Origin: an uncultured delta proteobacterium
GTDB taxonomy: Bacteria; Myxococcota; Myxococcia; Myxococcales; Myxococcaceae
NCBI GenBank assembly: GCA_963776345.1
Contig: CAVZMH010000013.1
Location: 64,001 to 128,000, forward strand
Reading direction: 5' to 3'
Length of the DNA stretch: 64,000 nucleotides
A program made the position numbers and the translations under genes. This document shows, piece after piece, positions 32,997-41,212 of this stretch. Each line of letters starts with the position of its first letter. The first letter of the stretch is position 1. Below the pieces are notes generated by a model, which was not told the origin of the DNA, searched no databases, and saw nothing but the letters and a program-made list of their open reading frames with translations.

Positions 32997-34234
32997 TGTC
33001 GGCCGGAGTGAAGGCGCAGATGAGCGACGGGCCGGGCCAGGCCGGCAGCGAGGTGCTCGGACGCGGGCACCTGCCCGTGCTGGACGGAGTGCGGGGCCTG
33101 GCGATTCTCATGGTGCTGGTCCTGCACTTCGTCGCGGACACCCACGCCACCACCCAGCTCGAGCGGTGGATCAACCTGGCGGCGGGCTGGGGCCAGTACG
33201 GCGTCGACCTGTTCTTCGTCCTCTCCGGGTTCCTCATCACCGGCATCCTGTTCGATGCCCGGGAGAGCCCCGACTACTTCAAGAACTTCTACGTGCGGCG
33301 GGTGCTCCGCATCTTCCCGCTCTACTACGCGGTCCTCGCGGTGCTGTTCCTGCTCCTGCCGCTCGTGGCCGGGCTCTCCTCCCCCACCCTGGACGAGCTC
33401 CGCGCGCACCAGGCCTGGGCCTGGCTCTACGGGGTCAACGTCTTCGTGGCGCTGCGGGGAGAGTGGGCCCTCTCGTACCTCGACCACTTCTGGTCGCTCT
33501 CGGTGGAGGAGCACTTCTACTTCGTCTGGCCCTTCGTGGTCTGGGCGCTGGCGCGGCGGCCTCGCGTCCTGCTCGCCACCAGCCTCGGGGTGGCGGGGGC
33601 GGCGCTGCTCGGGCGGGTGGTGGCGGCCGCGGCGGGGGTGAGCCCCCACGTGCTCTACGTGCTGACCCCGTTCCGGCTGGACGGGCTCGCGCTCGGCGGC
33701 GCGTTCGCGGTGCTGGCCCGGCTCCCCGGCGGGATGGCCCGGATCCGCCGGCTCCTGCCCCGACTGGCGGCGGCCGCGGCGGCGCTCTTCCTCCTCCGGC
33801 TCGCCTGGAGCCGCCTCACCCCGCTCTGGGCGGCGCCGCTCTTCCAGGTGCGCGAGAGCCTCCTGGTGGTGCTCCTGGCCTGCGTGCTGCTCCGGGCGCT
33901 CACCGCGCCGCGCGACGCCCTGGTGGTCCGCCTGTTCTCCAGCCGGACGATGCGCTGGTTCGGCACCTACAGCTACGGGCTCTACGTCTACCACCACTTC
34001 CTCTCGTACCATTTCTCGGTGCACCGGACGGAGTTCGCCCTCGCCGCGCGGCTCGGCTCGCACGGGCTCGCGGTCGCGCTGCAGGCGCTGGTCGGGGTGG
34101 CGATCTCCTGCGCCGTCGCCTTCGCCAGCTACCACCTGCTGGAGAAGCGCTTCCTCGGGCTGAAGGACCGGCTCACCGGGGGCGCGCGCCCTCGACGCTC
34201 GGCGGCGCTCGGGGTGGCCGGGCCACCGGCCTGA
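32996..34234 (+). CDS. Acyltransferase-3 (OafA-like) O-acyltransferase
   Basis: LDGVRGLA, GVDLFFVLSGFLI, FYVRRVLRI, WSLSVEEHFY, SYGLYVYH, SYHLLEK. Confidence 0.92.
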   Translation: MSAGVKAQMSDGPGQAGSEVLGRGHLPVLDGVRGLAILMVLVLHFVADTHATTQLERWINLAAGWGQYGVDLFFVLSGFLITGILFDARESPDYFKNFYVRRVLRIFPLYYAVLAVLFLLLPLVAGLSSPTLDELRAHQAWAWLYGVNVFVALRGEWALSYLDHFWSLSVEEHFYFVWPFVVWALARRPRVLLATSLGVAGAALLGRVVAAAAGVSPHVLYVLTPFRLDGLALGGAFAVLARLPGGMARIRRLLPRLAAAAAALFLLRLAWSRLTPLWAAPLFQVRESLLVVLLACVLLRALTAPRDALVVRLFSSRTMRWFGTYSYGLYVYHHFLSYHFSVHRTEFALAARLGSHGLAVALQALVGVAISCAVAFASYHLLEKRFLGLKDRLTGGARPRRSAALGVAGPPA

Positions 34235-34249
34235 CCCCGGGCCTTCGGC

Positions 34250-36070
34250 TCAGGGGAGGTGGATCAGCCAGCGGGCGAGCTGGAGGTGGTAGAGCGCCTG
34301 CCCTTCCCACTCCTCCGAGACCTCGTTGGTGCTCCAGCTGTCGTTGTCCGTGTAGCGGGCCTCCACTGGCGTGCGCTCGTCGCGCGGGAACGCCGGGTCG
34401 CCCCAGTAGCCCCAGGAGGGGATGGGCCGGCCGGCGGGGCGCGAGACGTCGTTCGACTCGGGGTACCGCACCGGCCCGCCGGCCACCATCCCCGGGAAGT
34501 CGCGGGGCTCGGCACGGAGCGTGGCCAGCCAGTGGTGGAAGCCGGAGCGCATCCCGCGGCTCACCCCCGGGAGCCCGCTGACGTAGCAGAATTGGCGCCC
34601 GTTCCGGCCGAACGCATAGTGCAGGCTGGCCAGCGCCTCGACGCAGTCCCCGGCGGCTGCGCGCGGGTCTTCGCGGCAGCGCCAGGCGCTGGCGAGCCCG
34701 GTGCGGAGCAGCGCCGAGCCGATCGAGCCCCAGTAGTACTTGCCCGCCCAGCCGAAGGGATGCCGCGCCCCGTCCTCGCGCACCACCGCGGCGTTGGCCT
34801 CCAGGGCCCGGCGGAGCCGCGCCGCCACCTCGGGGTCGGCCCCGGGCGCGCGGAGGTAGAGGAGCGCCGCCGGACCGTCGATGTGGAGGTACACCGGGTC
34901 CGGGACGGGCATCGCCACGGCGGTGCGCACGTCGCGGTGGAAGCGCGGCTCACCGGTGGCCAGGGCCATGCCCGCCGCGGCGTAGAAGCGGGTGCTCCGC
35001 CCCACCGCCGTGTCCCCGTCTCGCCGGGCCGAGGGACAGCTCGGGCCGTCCGTCGTCCCGGGGTGGGCGTCGAGGTAGTTCACCCCGGCGCGCGCGGCGC
35101 GGAGGCAGCGGTCGGCGAACGCGGCGTCCACCCGCCCGAATCGCGTGGCGGCGAAGGCCAGCGTCCCGACGGCGCGAGCGGTGGCGAGCGTGCCGACCTC
35201 GCCGTCGCGGTACGGCGGCATGTGCTCCGGTGCATTCGTTCCGTAGGAGCCGTAGCGCTCCTGGCAGGTGGTGTTGCGGAAGCCACCCGAGCCGTCCTGC
35301 ACCGAGAGGAGCCAGCGGAGCCCCCACCGCGCCTCGTCGAGCAGGTCGGGGACGCCGTTGCCCGATTCCGGGATGCCGGTGTCGTCGGCGGTGGGGCCGA
35401 AGTCGGCATCGGCGAGCAGCAGCCAGAACAGCGCCGAGGTGAGGTAGGCGTTGTAGATGGTGAGGTCGCCTGCGTCGTGCCACCCGCCCTCGACCCCTGG
35501 CGGAGCGAGGCCGGCGTCGTCCCCGTGGACCCAGGGACCCTCGGCGTGGGCGGCGAGCACCGGAGCGAAGGCACGCTGGTAGTAGAACCAGCGCTGGACC
35601 GCACGGAGCGGAGCGTCGAAGACCCCCGGACCCACCTCGAAGGGGAAGCTCTCCATCCCCTCGTCGGTGGCCACCCGGTAGCGGCCGGCCACCGAGAGCG
35701 CCGAGAAGTCGCCGATCGAGACGCTCCGCACCTCGCCCAGGAGGTCGGTGGACAGCGTGCGCACCGGCTCGCCGCCCCGGAAGGCCACCCGTCCGGTGGA
35801 GGCCTCCCGGACCTCGAACCAGCGGAACGGGCGGGGCGAGGTGAAGCGCTTCACCATCGCCGGCCCGTACCCCACCTGGCTCAGCGCGAGGCGCGAGAAG
35901 AACGGCTCCTCGGGCGGGAGACGGCGGCGCTCGGCGAGCCGCACCCGCCCGAGCACCGCGGCGGCGCGCTGGCGGAGGAAGGCGCGGCCCCGGTGCGAGG
36001 CCAGGACCAGGGCAGCCACCAGGCCGGCGACGAGCAGTCCCAGGCGGAGCGCCGTCCGGGCGCGCCGCAC
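34250..36070 (-). CDS. GH9-family glycoside hydrolase with N-terminal signal/anchor and Ig-like domain
   Basis: SQVGY, WFYYQR, GGWHDAGD, SGNGVPDLLDEARW, FGRN, DNDSWSTNEV. Confidence 0.82.
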   Translation of the reverse strand: MRRARTALRLGLLVAGLVAALVLASHRGRAFLRQRAAAVLGRVRLAERRRLPPEEPFFSRLALSQVGYGPAMVKRFTSPRPFRWFEVREASTGRVAFRGGEPVRTLSTDLLGEVRSVSIGDFSALSVAGRYRVATDEGMESFPFEVGPGVFDAPLRAVQRWFYYQRAFAPVLAAHAEGPWVHGDDAGLAPPGVEGGWHDAGDLTIYNAYLTSALFWLLLADADFGPTADDTGIPESGNGVPDLLDEARWGLRWLLSVQDGSGGFRNTTCQERYGSYGTNAPEHMPPYRDGEVGTLATARAVGTLAFAATRFGRVDAAFADRCLRAARAGVNYLDAHPGTTDGPSCPSARRDGDTAVGRSTRFYAAAGMALATGEPRFHRDVRTAVAMPVPDPVYLHIDGPAALLYLRAPGADPEVAARLRRALEANAAVVREDGARHPFGWAGKYYWGSIGSALLRTGLASAWRCREDPRAAAGDCVEALASLHYAFGRNGRQFCYVSGLPGVSRGMRSGFHHWLATLRAEPRDFPGMVAGGPVRYPESNDVSRPAGRPIPSWGYWGDPAFPRDERTPVEARYTDNDSWSTNEVSEEWEGQALYHLQLARWLIHLP

Positions 36071-36073
36071 CGG

Positions 36074-36556
36074 TCAGGCGCCCCGGAGCCGGTGAGCCAG
36101 CACCGCGCCGAGCAGCTGGCTCCGGTCGAGGAGCGCGAGCGTGCGCTCCACGTCGGGCAGGCGGCTCTCGCCGCGCAGCAGCACCAGCAAGCTCAGGTCG
36201 CAGGCGGCGACCAGCTCCCGCGCCTCGGGCATCTCCACCGGGTTGGGAGCGGCCACCAGCACCCGCTCGCGCCGGGCTCGCGCCGCCGAGCGCTCCAGCG
36301 CCCGGCAGAGCGCTCCGATGCGCCCGGGAGTGGCCCGGGTGGCGTCCACCCCGCGCAGGAGACCGGTGCGGGCGCCGCCCACCGCCCCGAGGAGCCGCTC
36401 CATGAGCCGCGAGGCGAGCTCCGGCCTGCCCGGCGCGACCAGCGCCAGCGCGCGCCAGCGGAGCGAGGCCAGCCGGTACCAGAGCAGCTCGAGGTCTCGC
36501 TCCGGCACCGCCGGGACCGCAGCAGGCGCCGCGGCCGGCGGGGGCTCAGAGCGCAT
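36074..36556 (-). CDS. Stand-alone degenerate BY-kinase-like protein copy 2
   Basis: LLWYRL..WRALALV, RVLVAAPNP, ACDLSLLVL, LLGAVL; similar to 11555-12058; no Walker A; overlaps the PCP copy 2 stop. Confidence 0.6.
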   Translation of the reverse strand: MRSEPPPAAAPAAVPAVPERDLELLWYRLASLRWRALALVAPGRPELASRLMERLLGAVGGARTGLLRGVDATRATPGRIGALCRALERSAARARRERVLVAAPNPVEMPEARELVAACDLSLLVLLRGESRLPDVERTLALLDRSQLLGAVLAHRLRGA

Positions 36557-38009
36557 CGATCTCTCCCACCAGCGGGACGCGGGCCTGCAGCTCCACCTGC
36601 CACGGCTCGAGGAGGCGGCCGGAGCCGATGTCCACCAGCGCCGCGCCGAGCAGGGCGAGCGCCAGGCCCGCCACCGCGCCGGCCAGCGCGACCAGGGGCA
36701 GCTTCGGCCAGATGGGCCCCTTCGGGCGCTGCACCGGACGGATGACGACGTAGCGGTACTTGAAGGCGGCGCGAGCCGAGTCCTGCTCCAGCCGCGCTGT
36801 CTCCACCCGTCCCAGCATCTCGTTGTAGCGGGACAAGAGGTGGCGGACGTCGGCCTTCTGGTACTCGATGTCCGGGTCCTCGTCCTCGCGCGGGTCCGCC
36901 GACTCCAGCGCGGTGGCCCGGAGCACCGCCTCCGTGGCCCGGCCCGACTGCAGCAACACGTTGGCGGCGAAGCCCCGCCGCCGCAGTTCCTCCTCCAGCG
37001 GCACCAGCTCGCGCTTGAGGATCTGCAGCTGCGGCGACTCGTTCTTCATGTCCTCCAGGTTCTGGTGCAGGTCGAGCACCGCGGGGTGTGGGTCGGTGTA
37101 GAGGGCCCGCTGCTCCTCCAGCTGCGACTGGAGCTCGGTGGTGCGCCGGCGCCGGAAGTCCTGCAGGTCGGCCATGGCCTGCTGCTTGGCACGGACCAGG
37201 TCCAGGAGCTGCTCCGTCTCCCGGTCGATGGTGGCGCCGAGGCCGGTCTGGCCCGACGGAGTGACCTTGCGCCCGAGCTTCGCCGCGCGCACGCCGCGCA
37301 GCTGCTCCAGCTCGGAGAGCGAGCGCTCCAGGGTGCTGTGGGCGTCGGCCGCCCGAGACTCCAGGATGCCGATCACCTCGCCGATGGTGGTGATCTCCGC
37401 GGCGTTGCGCGCGTCGAGGAAGCTCTGCAGCGCGGCGGACACCAGGTCCATTGCCAGGTCCGGATCGGGGAGGCTCGCCCCGATGGTCACGGTGTCATCT
37501 CCGTGCTTCACCCACAGCCGCTTCTCCAGCGTCTCGACGAAGCCGTCGAGCAGGTCCTTCTCCGAGGGCGGACGGAAGAGGCGGCTCCGGAGCGCGTCCT
37601 TCCACCGCGCCGCCGGCGCCCGGTGCGCCTTCCAGCGGGCGATCAGATCGGTCTTCCGGATCAGCGAGACCAGGTTTTCGCGGCTGAGGATGGTCTCCTC
37701 CGCCTGCTTGATGGGCGCCTCCGGCTCGCTCAGCATCGGTCGGCCCACCAGCGAGACGATGACCTGCGTCCGCTGCGCCTGGAGCATGGTCTGGACCTCG
37801 TACTTCCGCGGGAGGACCGACGCCGCTCCCAGCGACAGCCCGACCACGCTGGTCCAGAGGAGGAGGCAGAGCCACGGGTGCCGCCGGACCGCGTGCACGA
37901 CCAGCAGCACGTACCCGCCGACCAGCGCCCATCGTCGGCCGCTCGGCGCGGCGGCCGGCTGTGGCCGGCCGGCGGCCCCGAGGTGCGCCCCGGCTTCGAG
38001 CTGCGTCAT
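36546..38009 (-). CDS. Polysaccharide co-polymerase (PCP) copy 2
   Basis: ATG 38009 with GGAAGG upstream. Clear paralogy to copy 1 (LPRKYEVQT, RENLVSL..TDL, YTDPHPAV, ARAAFKYRY, LEPWQ). Confidence 0.85.
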   Translation of the reverse strand: MTQLEAGAHLGAAGRPQPAAAPSGRRWALVGGYVLLVVHAVRRHPWLCLLLWTSVVGLSLGAASVLPRKYEVQTMLQAQRTQVIVSLVGRPMLSEPEAPIKQAEETILSRENLVSLIRKTDLIARWKAHRAPAARWKDALRSRLFRPPSEKDLLDGFVETLEKRLWVKHGDDTVTIGASLPDPDLAMDLVSAALQSFLDARNAAEITTIGEVIGILESRAADAHSTLERSLSELEQLRGVRAAKLGRKVTPSGQTGLGATIDRETEQLLDLVRAKQQAMADLQDFRRRRTTELQSQLEEQRALYTDPHPAVLDLHQNLEDMKNESPQLQILKRELVPLEEELRRRGFAANVLLQSGRATEAVLRATALESADPREDEDPDIEYQKADVRHLLSRYNEMLGRVETARLEQDSARAAFKYRYVVIRPVQRPKGPIWPKLPLVALAGAVAGLALALLGAALVDIGSGRLLEPWQVELQARVPLVGEIDAL

Positions 38010-38112
38010 CCCGCCTTCCTGCCTCCGCGACTGCCCTCCGGCGACCGTACCCCATGCCGGCGCGGGGACACCACGGCCGGCGGACGGCGGTTCGGCGTAA
38101 GCTGGAGCGCCC

Positions 38113-38283
38113 GTGACGAAGTTCCTCCTCCTCGGCATCCTCCTCGCCACCTTCCTCGTCCCGCTGGCCACCGCGCGCGTGCGCGACCCGAACCGGGGGC
38201 TGTGGACCACGCTCGCCCTCATGGCGGTGGCCGAGGTCGCCTACGCCCTCTTCCTCGCGCTGCTCTACCCCAACCATGTCTGA
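38113..38283 (+). CDS. Small two-TM membrane protein (56 aa), absent from the ORF track
   Basis: GGAG RBS, GTG start, strongly GC3-biased codons: MTKFLLLGILLATFLVPLATARVRDPNRGLWTTLALMAVAEVAYALFLALLYPNHV; overlaps the wzy start. Confidence 0.75.
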   Translation: MTKFLLLGILLATFLVPLATARVRDPNRGLWTTLALMAVAEVAYALFLALLYPNHV

Positions 38284-39853
38284 CGGGCTGCCCGCGCTCG
38301 TCCCGCCCAGCGGGACCGGGTCGGGGAGACCCCGGCAGCTCGCCCTGGCCGTGCTGGTGGTCCTCACCGCGGCCGCGGTCCTGGTGGGGAACGGGAACGT
38401 GGGGCTGGCCCTCGTCCCGGCGCTGGGGGCGCTCCTGATCTGGCTCATGTGGACGCTGCCCCTGCGGGTGACGCTCCTCACCCTGCTCGCGCTGGCCTGG
38501 GCCATCGAAGCCCCGTCCGACGTCTTCGCCTCGGACCGGATCCAAACCCCCTGGGCCATCGTGGGCCGCGTGTTGTGGGCGAAGCTGAATCTTCTGGTCC
38601 CCTTCTCCCCGCTGGTGCTCACCGGATTCGACCTGGTGGCCCTGCTCCTCCTGTCGGTGGTGGTGGTGCGGCACTTCACCCGGAGCACGGTGGACCGCGA
38701 GGGCTGGGTCCCCTCGCCCGCGCCGATTGGCCTCTTCGCCTGGCTGACCGTCGTCGCGGTGCTGCTGATCACCGCGCACGGCCTCGCCCGCGGCGGCAGC
38801 TTCCGGTTCGTGCTCTGGCAGGCCATCAAGTGGCTCTACCTGCCGCTCATCTACACCCTGATGAACCAGGGGCTGCGCGGACCGAGGGACGTGTGGATCT
38901 CCGGCCAGGTGCTGGTCGGCGCCGGAGTGTTCCGGGCGCTCGAGGCGATCCTGATCCGCCTCCGCTACCCGTCGCTGGAGGAGATGCCGCACACCACCAG
39001 CCACCACGACTCGGTGCTGTTCGCCACCTGCCTGGCGCTGCTCGTGGCACGGGCGCTGGAGGCCCCGAGCCGGCGATCGTACCGGGCGCTGGCGATGCTC
39101 GGGCCGCTGTTCCTCTGGGCGATGGTGGCCAACAACCGGCGCCTGGTGTGGACCGAGTTGGCGATGGTGGCGGTCTTCTTCTGGCTGGTGACCCCCTGGC
39201 GGCCGTTGAAGCGGAAGGTGGCGCGCATCGCCGTGCTCGCCGCCGCCCCTACCCTCCTCTACACCGCCGCGGGCTGGAACTCGGGCTCGGGACTCTTCAA
39301 GCCGGTGCAGAAGATCCGCTCGATGTTGGACTCCAAGCGCGATGCCTCCACCGCCTGGCGGGACATGGAGAACTTCAACCTGATCACCACCTACCGCCAG
39401 GCGCCGATGACCGGGCTCGGGTTCGGCCATCCGATGATCGAGGCGGTGAAGCTTCCGGACGTCACCGCCGCCTACGAGCTCGAGCCGTACGTGCCCCACA
39501 ACAGCGTGCTCGGGCTCTGGGCGTTCGGCGGGCTGCTGGGCTTCGCCCTCCTCTGGGGGGTGTTCCCGGTGGGGATGTACTTCACGGTCCGGGCCTACCG
39601 ATGGGCGGGGCATCCCCTGGAGCGTGCGGCGGCGCTCACCGCCGCCGCGGTGCAGATCTGTTACGTCATGCAGGGCTACGGCGACCTCGGCTTCGGGACC
39701 TGGGGCCCGGTCTTCACCGTCGCGCTGGGTTACGCGGTGGTCGGGAAGATCTGCGTCGCCCGCGGCGCATGGCCCACCCCCCCGCTCTCCGACGCGGCGG
39801 ACCCGTCCCTCGCGATCCGGGTCGCCCGGCACCCCGGCATCTCGGCAAGCTGA
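38276..39853 (+). CDS. wzy: Wzy polymerase / O-antigen ligase-like membrane protein
   Basis: Many TM helices; NNRR, periplasmic loop STAWRDMEN...GLGFG...PHNSVLGLW (Wzy_C pattern). Confidence 0.75.
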   Translation: MSDGLPALVPPSGTGSGRPRQLALAVLVVLTAAAVLVGNGNVGLALVPALGALLIWLMWTLPLRVTLLTLLALAWAIEAPSDVFASDRIQTPWAIVGRVLWAKLNLLVPFSPLVLTGFDLVALLLLSVVVVRHFTRSTVDREGWVPSPAPIGLFAWLTVVAVLLITAHGLARGGSFRFVLWQAIKWLYLPLIYTLMNQGLRGPRDVWISGQVLVGAGVFRALEAILIRLRYPSLEEMPHTTSHHDSVLFATCLALLVARALEAPSRRSYRALAMLGPLFLWAMVANNRRLVWTELAMVAVFFWLVTPWRPLKRKVARIAVLAAAPTLLYTAAGWNSGSGLFKPVQKIRSMLDSKRDASTAWRDMENFNLITTYRQAPMTGLGFGHPMIEAVKLPDVTAAYELEPYVPHNSVLGLWAFGGLLGFALLWGVFPVGMYFTVRAYRWAGHPLERAAALTAAAVQICYVMQGYGDLGFGTWGPVFTVALGYAVVGKICVARGAWPTPPLSDAADPSLAIRVARHPGISAS

Positions 39854-39926
39854 ACGACGACCTCTGCACACAGCCGCGTCGCACCGATCGCCCGAGCGCC
39901 ATCCAACGCCGCTAGGATGCGCCGCC

Positions 39927-41174
39927 GTGAGATCCACCGTTGAGGTCGCAATCATCGGAGCCGGTCCGTACGGGCTCTCGATCGCCGCACAGCTCCAGGC
40001 ACATGGGGTTCCGTTCCGCATCTTCGGCGAGCCGATGCGCACCTGGCGGCCGATGCCCCGGAGCCTGTGCCTGAAGTCGCTGGGGTTCGCGACCAGCATC
40101 GCCGTGCCGGCGCCGGGGCACGACTTCCCCAGCTGGCTCGCCGCGCGAGGGCTGGAGACGGTGGAACCGATCTCCTACGCCGAGTTCACCGACTACGGAC
40201 TCTGGGTCCAGGAACAGGCAGTGCCGGAGGTCGAGCCGGTGGACGTGAGCACCGTCCGCGCTCGCCCGCAGGGTGGCTACGAGCTGGTCCTCGCCGATGG
40301 CCAGGTCGCCACCGCGCGGCGGGTGGTGGTGGCGACCGGGCTCCACCACCTCCAGCACCTGCCGGAGGTGCTGCGCGCGCTTCCTCCCGAGCTGCTGTCG
40401 CACAGCTTCGGCCAGTACGACTTCCGGCGGCTCGCCGGCCAGGACGTGGCGGTCATCGGCGCGGGCCAGTCGGCGCTCGAGGTGGCGGTGCTCCTGCGCG
40501 AGGCCGGCGCCCGGCCGGTGCTCGTCGCGCGGCAGCCGCCCATCTTCCACGGCCGGACGCCGGCGCATCGGCCACTCCTGGATCGAGTTCGCGAGCCGCT
40601 GACCGTGCTCGGTGCGGGCAGGCTCAACTGGGTGCTGGAGCACTTCCCCTGGCTCATCCGGCACGTCCCGGAGTCGCGCCGGGTGCGTTTCGCCCTGGGG
40701 TACCTCGGCCCGTCGGGCGCCTGGTGGCTGCGCGAGCGCTTCGAGGGACGCGTCCCGGTGCTGGCCCCCGCCGAGCTGCTCGGCGCCCGGGCCGAGGGGA
40801 ACGGGGCGGTGCTGCGCCTGGGCAGGGAGGGCGGCAGGGTGGAGGAGCGGCGGTTCGCCCACGTGGTCGCCGGTTCCGGCTTCCGCCACGACGTGCGGCG
40901 GCTTCCGTTCCTCGATCCGTCGCTGCTCGCCCGCATCGAGCCGATGGAGGGACTCGGTCCCCGTCTCTCGGACCGGTTCGAGTCCACGGCGCCAGGCCTG
41001 CACTTCGTGGGGCCGCTCTCCGCCTCCGCCTTCGGGCCGCTCTTCCGCTTCGTCTGCGGCGCGGAGCACGCCGCGCCCCGGCTGGCACGTCACCTCGCCG
41101 CGCACCGACGCCGCACCGGGCGCGGACCTCTCTCCCCTCCGCACCGGTCTGCTCCGGACGCGCGCGCGGCCTGA
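39927..41174 (+). CDS. FAD/NAD(P)-dependent oxidoreductase
   Basis: IIGAGPYG, VVVATG, VIGAGQSA, VVAGSGF, PGLHFVG, FGPLFRFV. Confidence 0.85.
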   Translation: MRSTVEVAIIGAGPYGLSIAAQLQAHGVPFRIFGEPMRTWRPMPRSLCLKSLGFATSIAVPAPGHDFPSWLAARGLETVEPISYAEFTDYGLWVQEQAVPEVEPVDVSTVRARPQGGYELVLADGQVATARRVVVATGLHHLQHLPEVLRALPPELLSHSFGQYDFRRLAGQDVAVIGAGQSALEVAVLLREAGARPVLVARQPPIFHGRTPAHRPLLDRVREPLTVLGAGRLNWVLEHFPWLIRHVPESRRVRFALGYLGPSGAWWLRERFEGRVPVLAPAELLGARAEGNGAVLRLGREGGRVEERRFAHVVAGSGFRHDVRRLPFLDPSLLARIEPMEGLGPRLSDRFESTAPGLHFVGPLSASAFGPLFRFVCGAEHAAPRLARHLAAHRRRTGRGPLSPPHRSAPDARAA

Positions 41175-41212
41175 GACCCGGGGGCGCTCCCCGGGGACGG
41201 CTCCCCGCCGCT

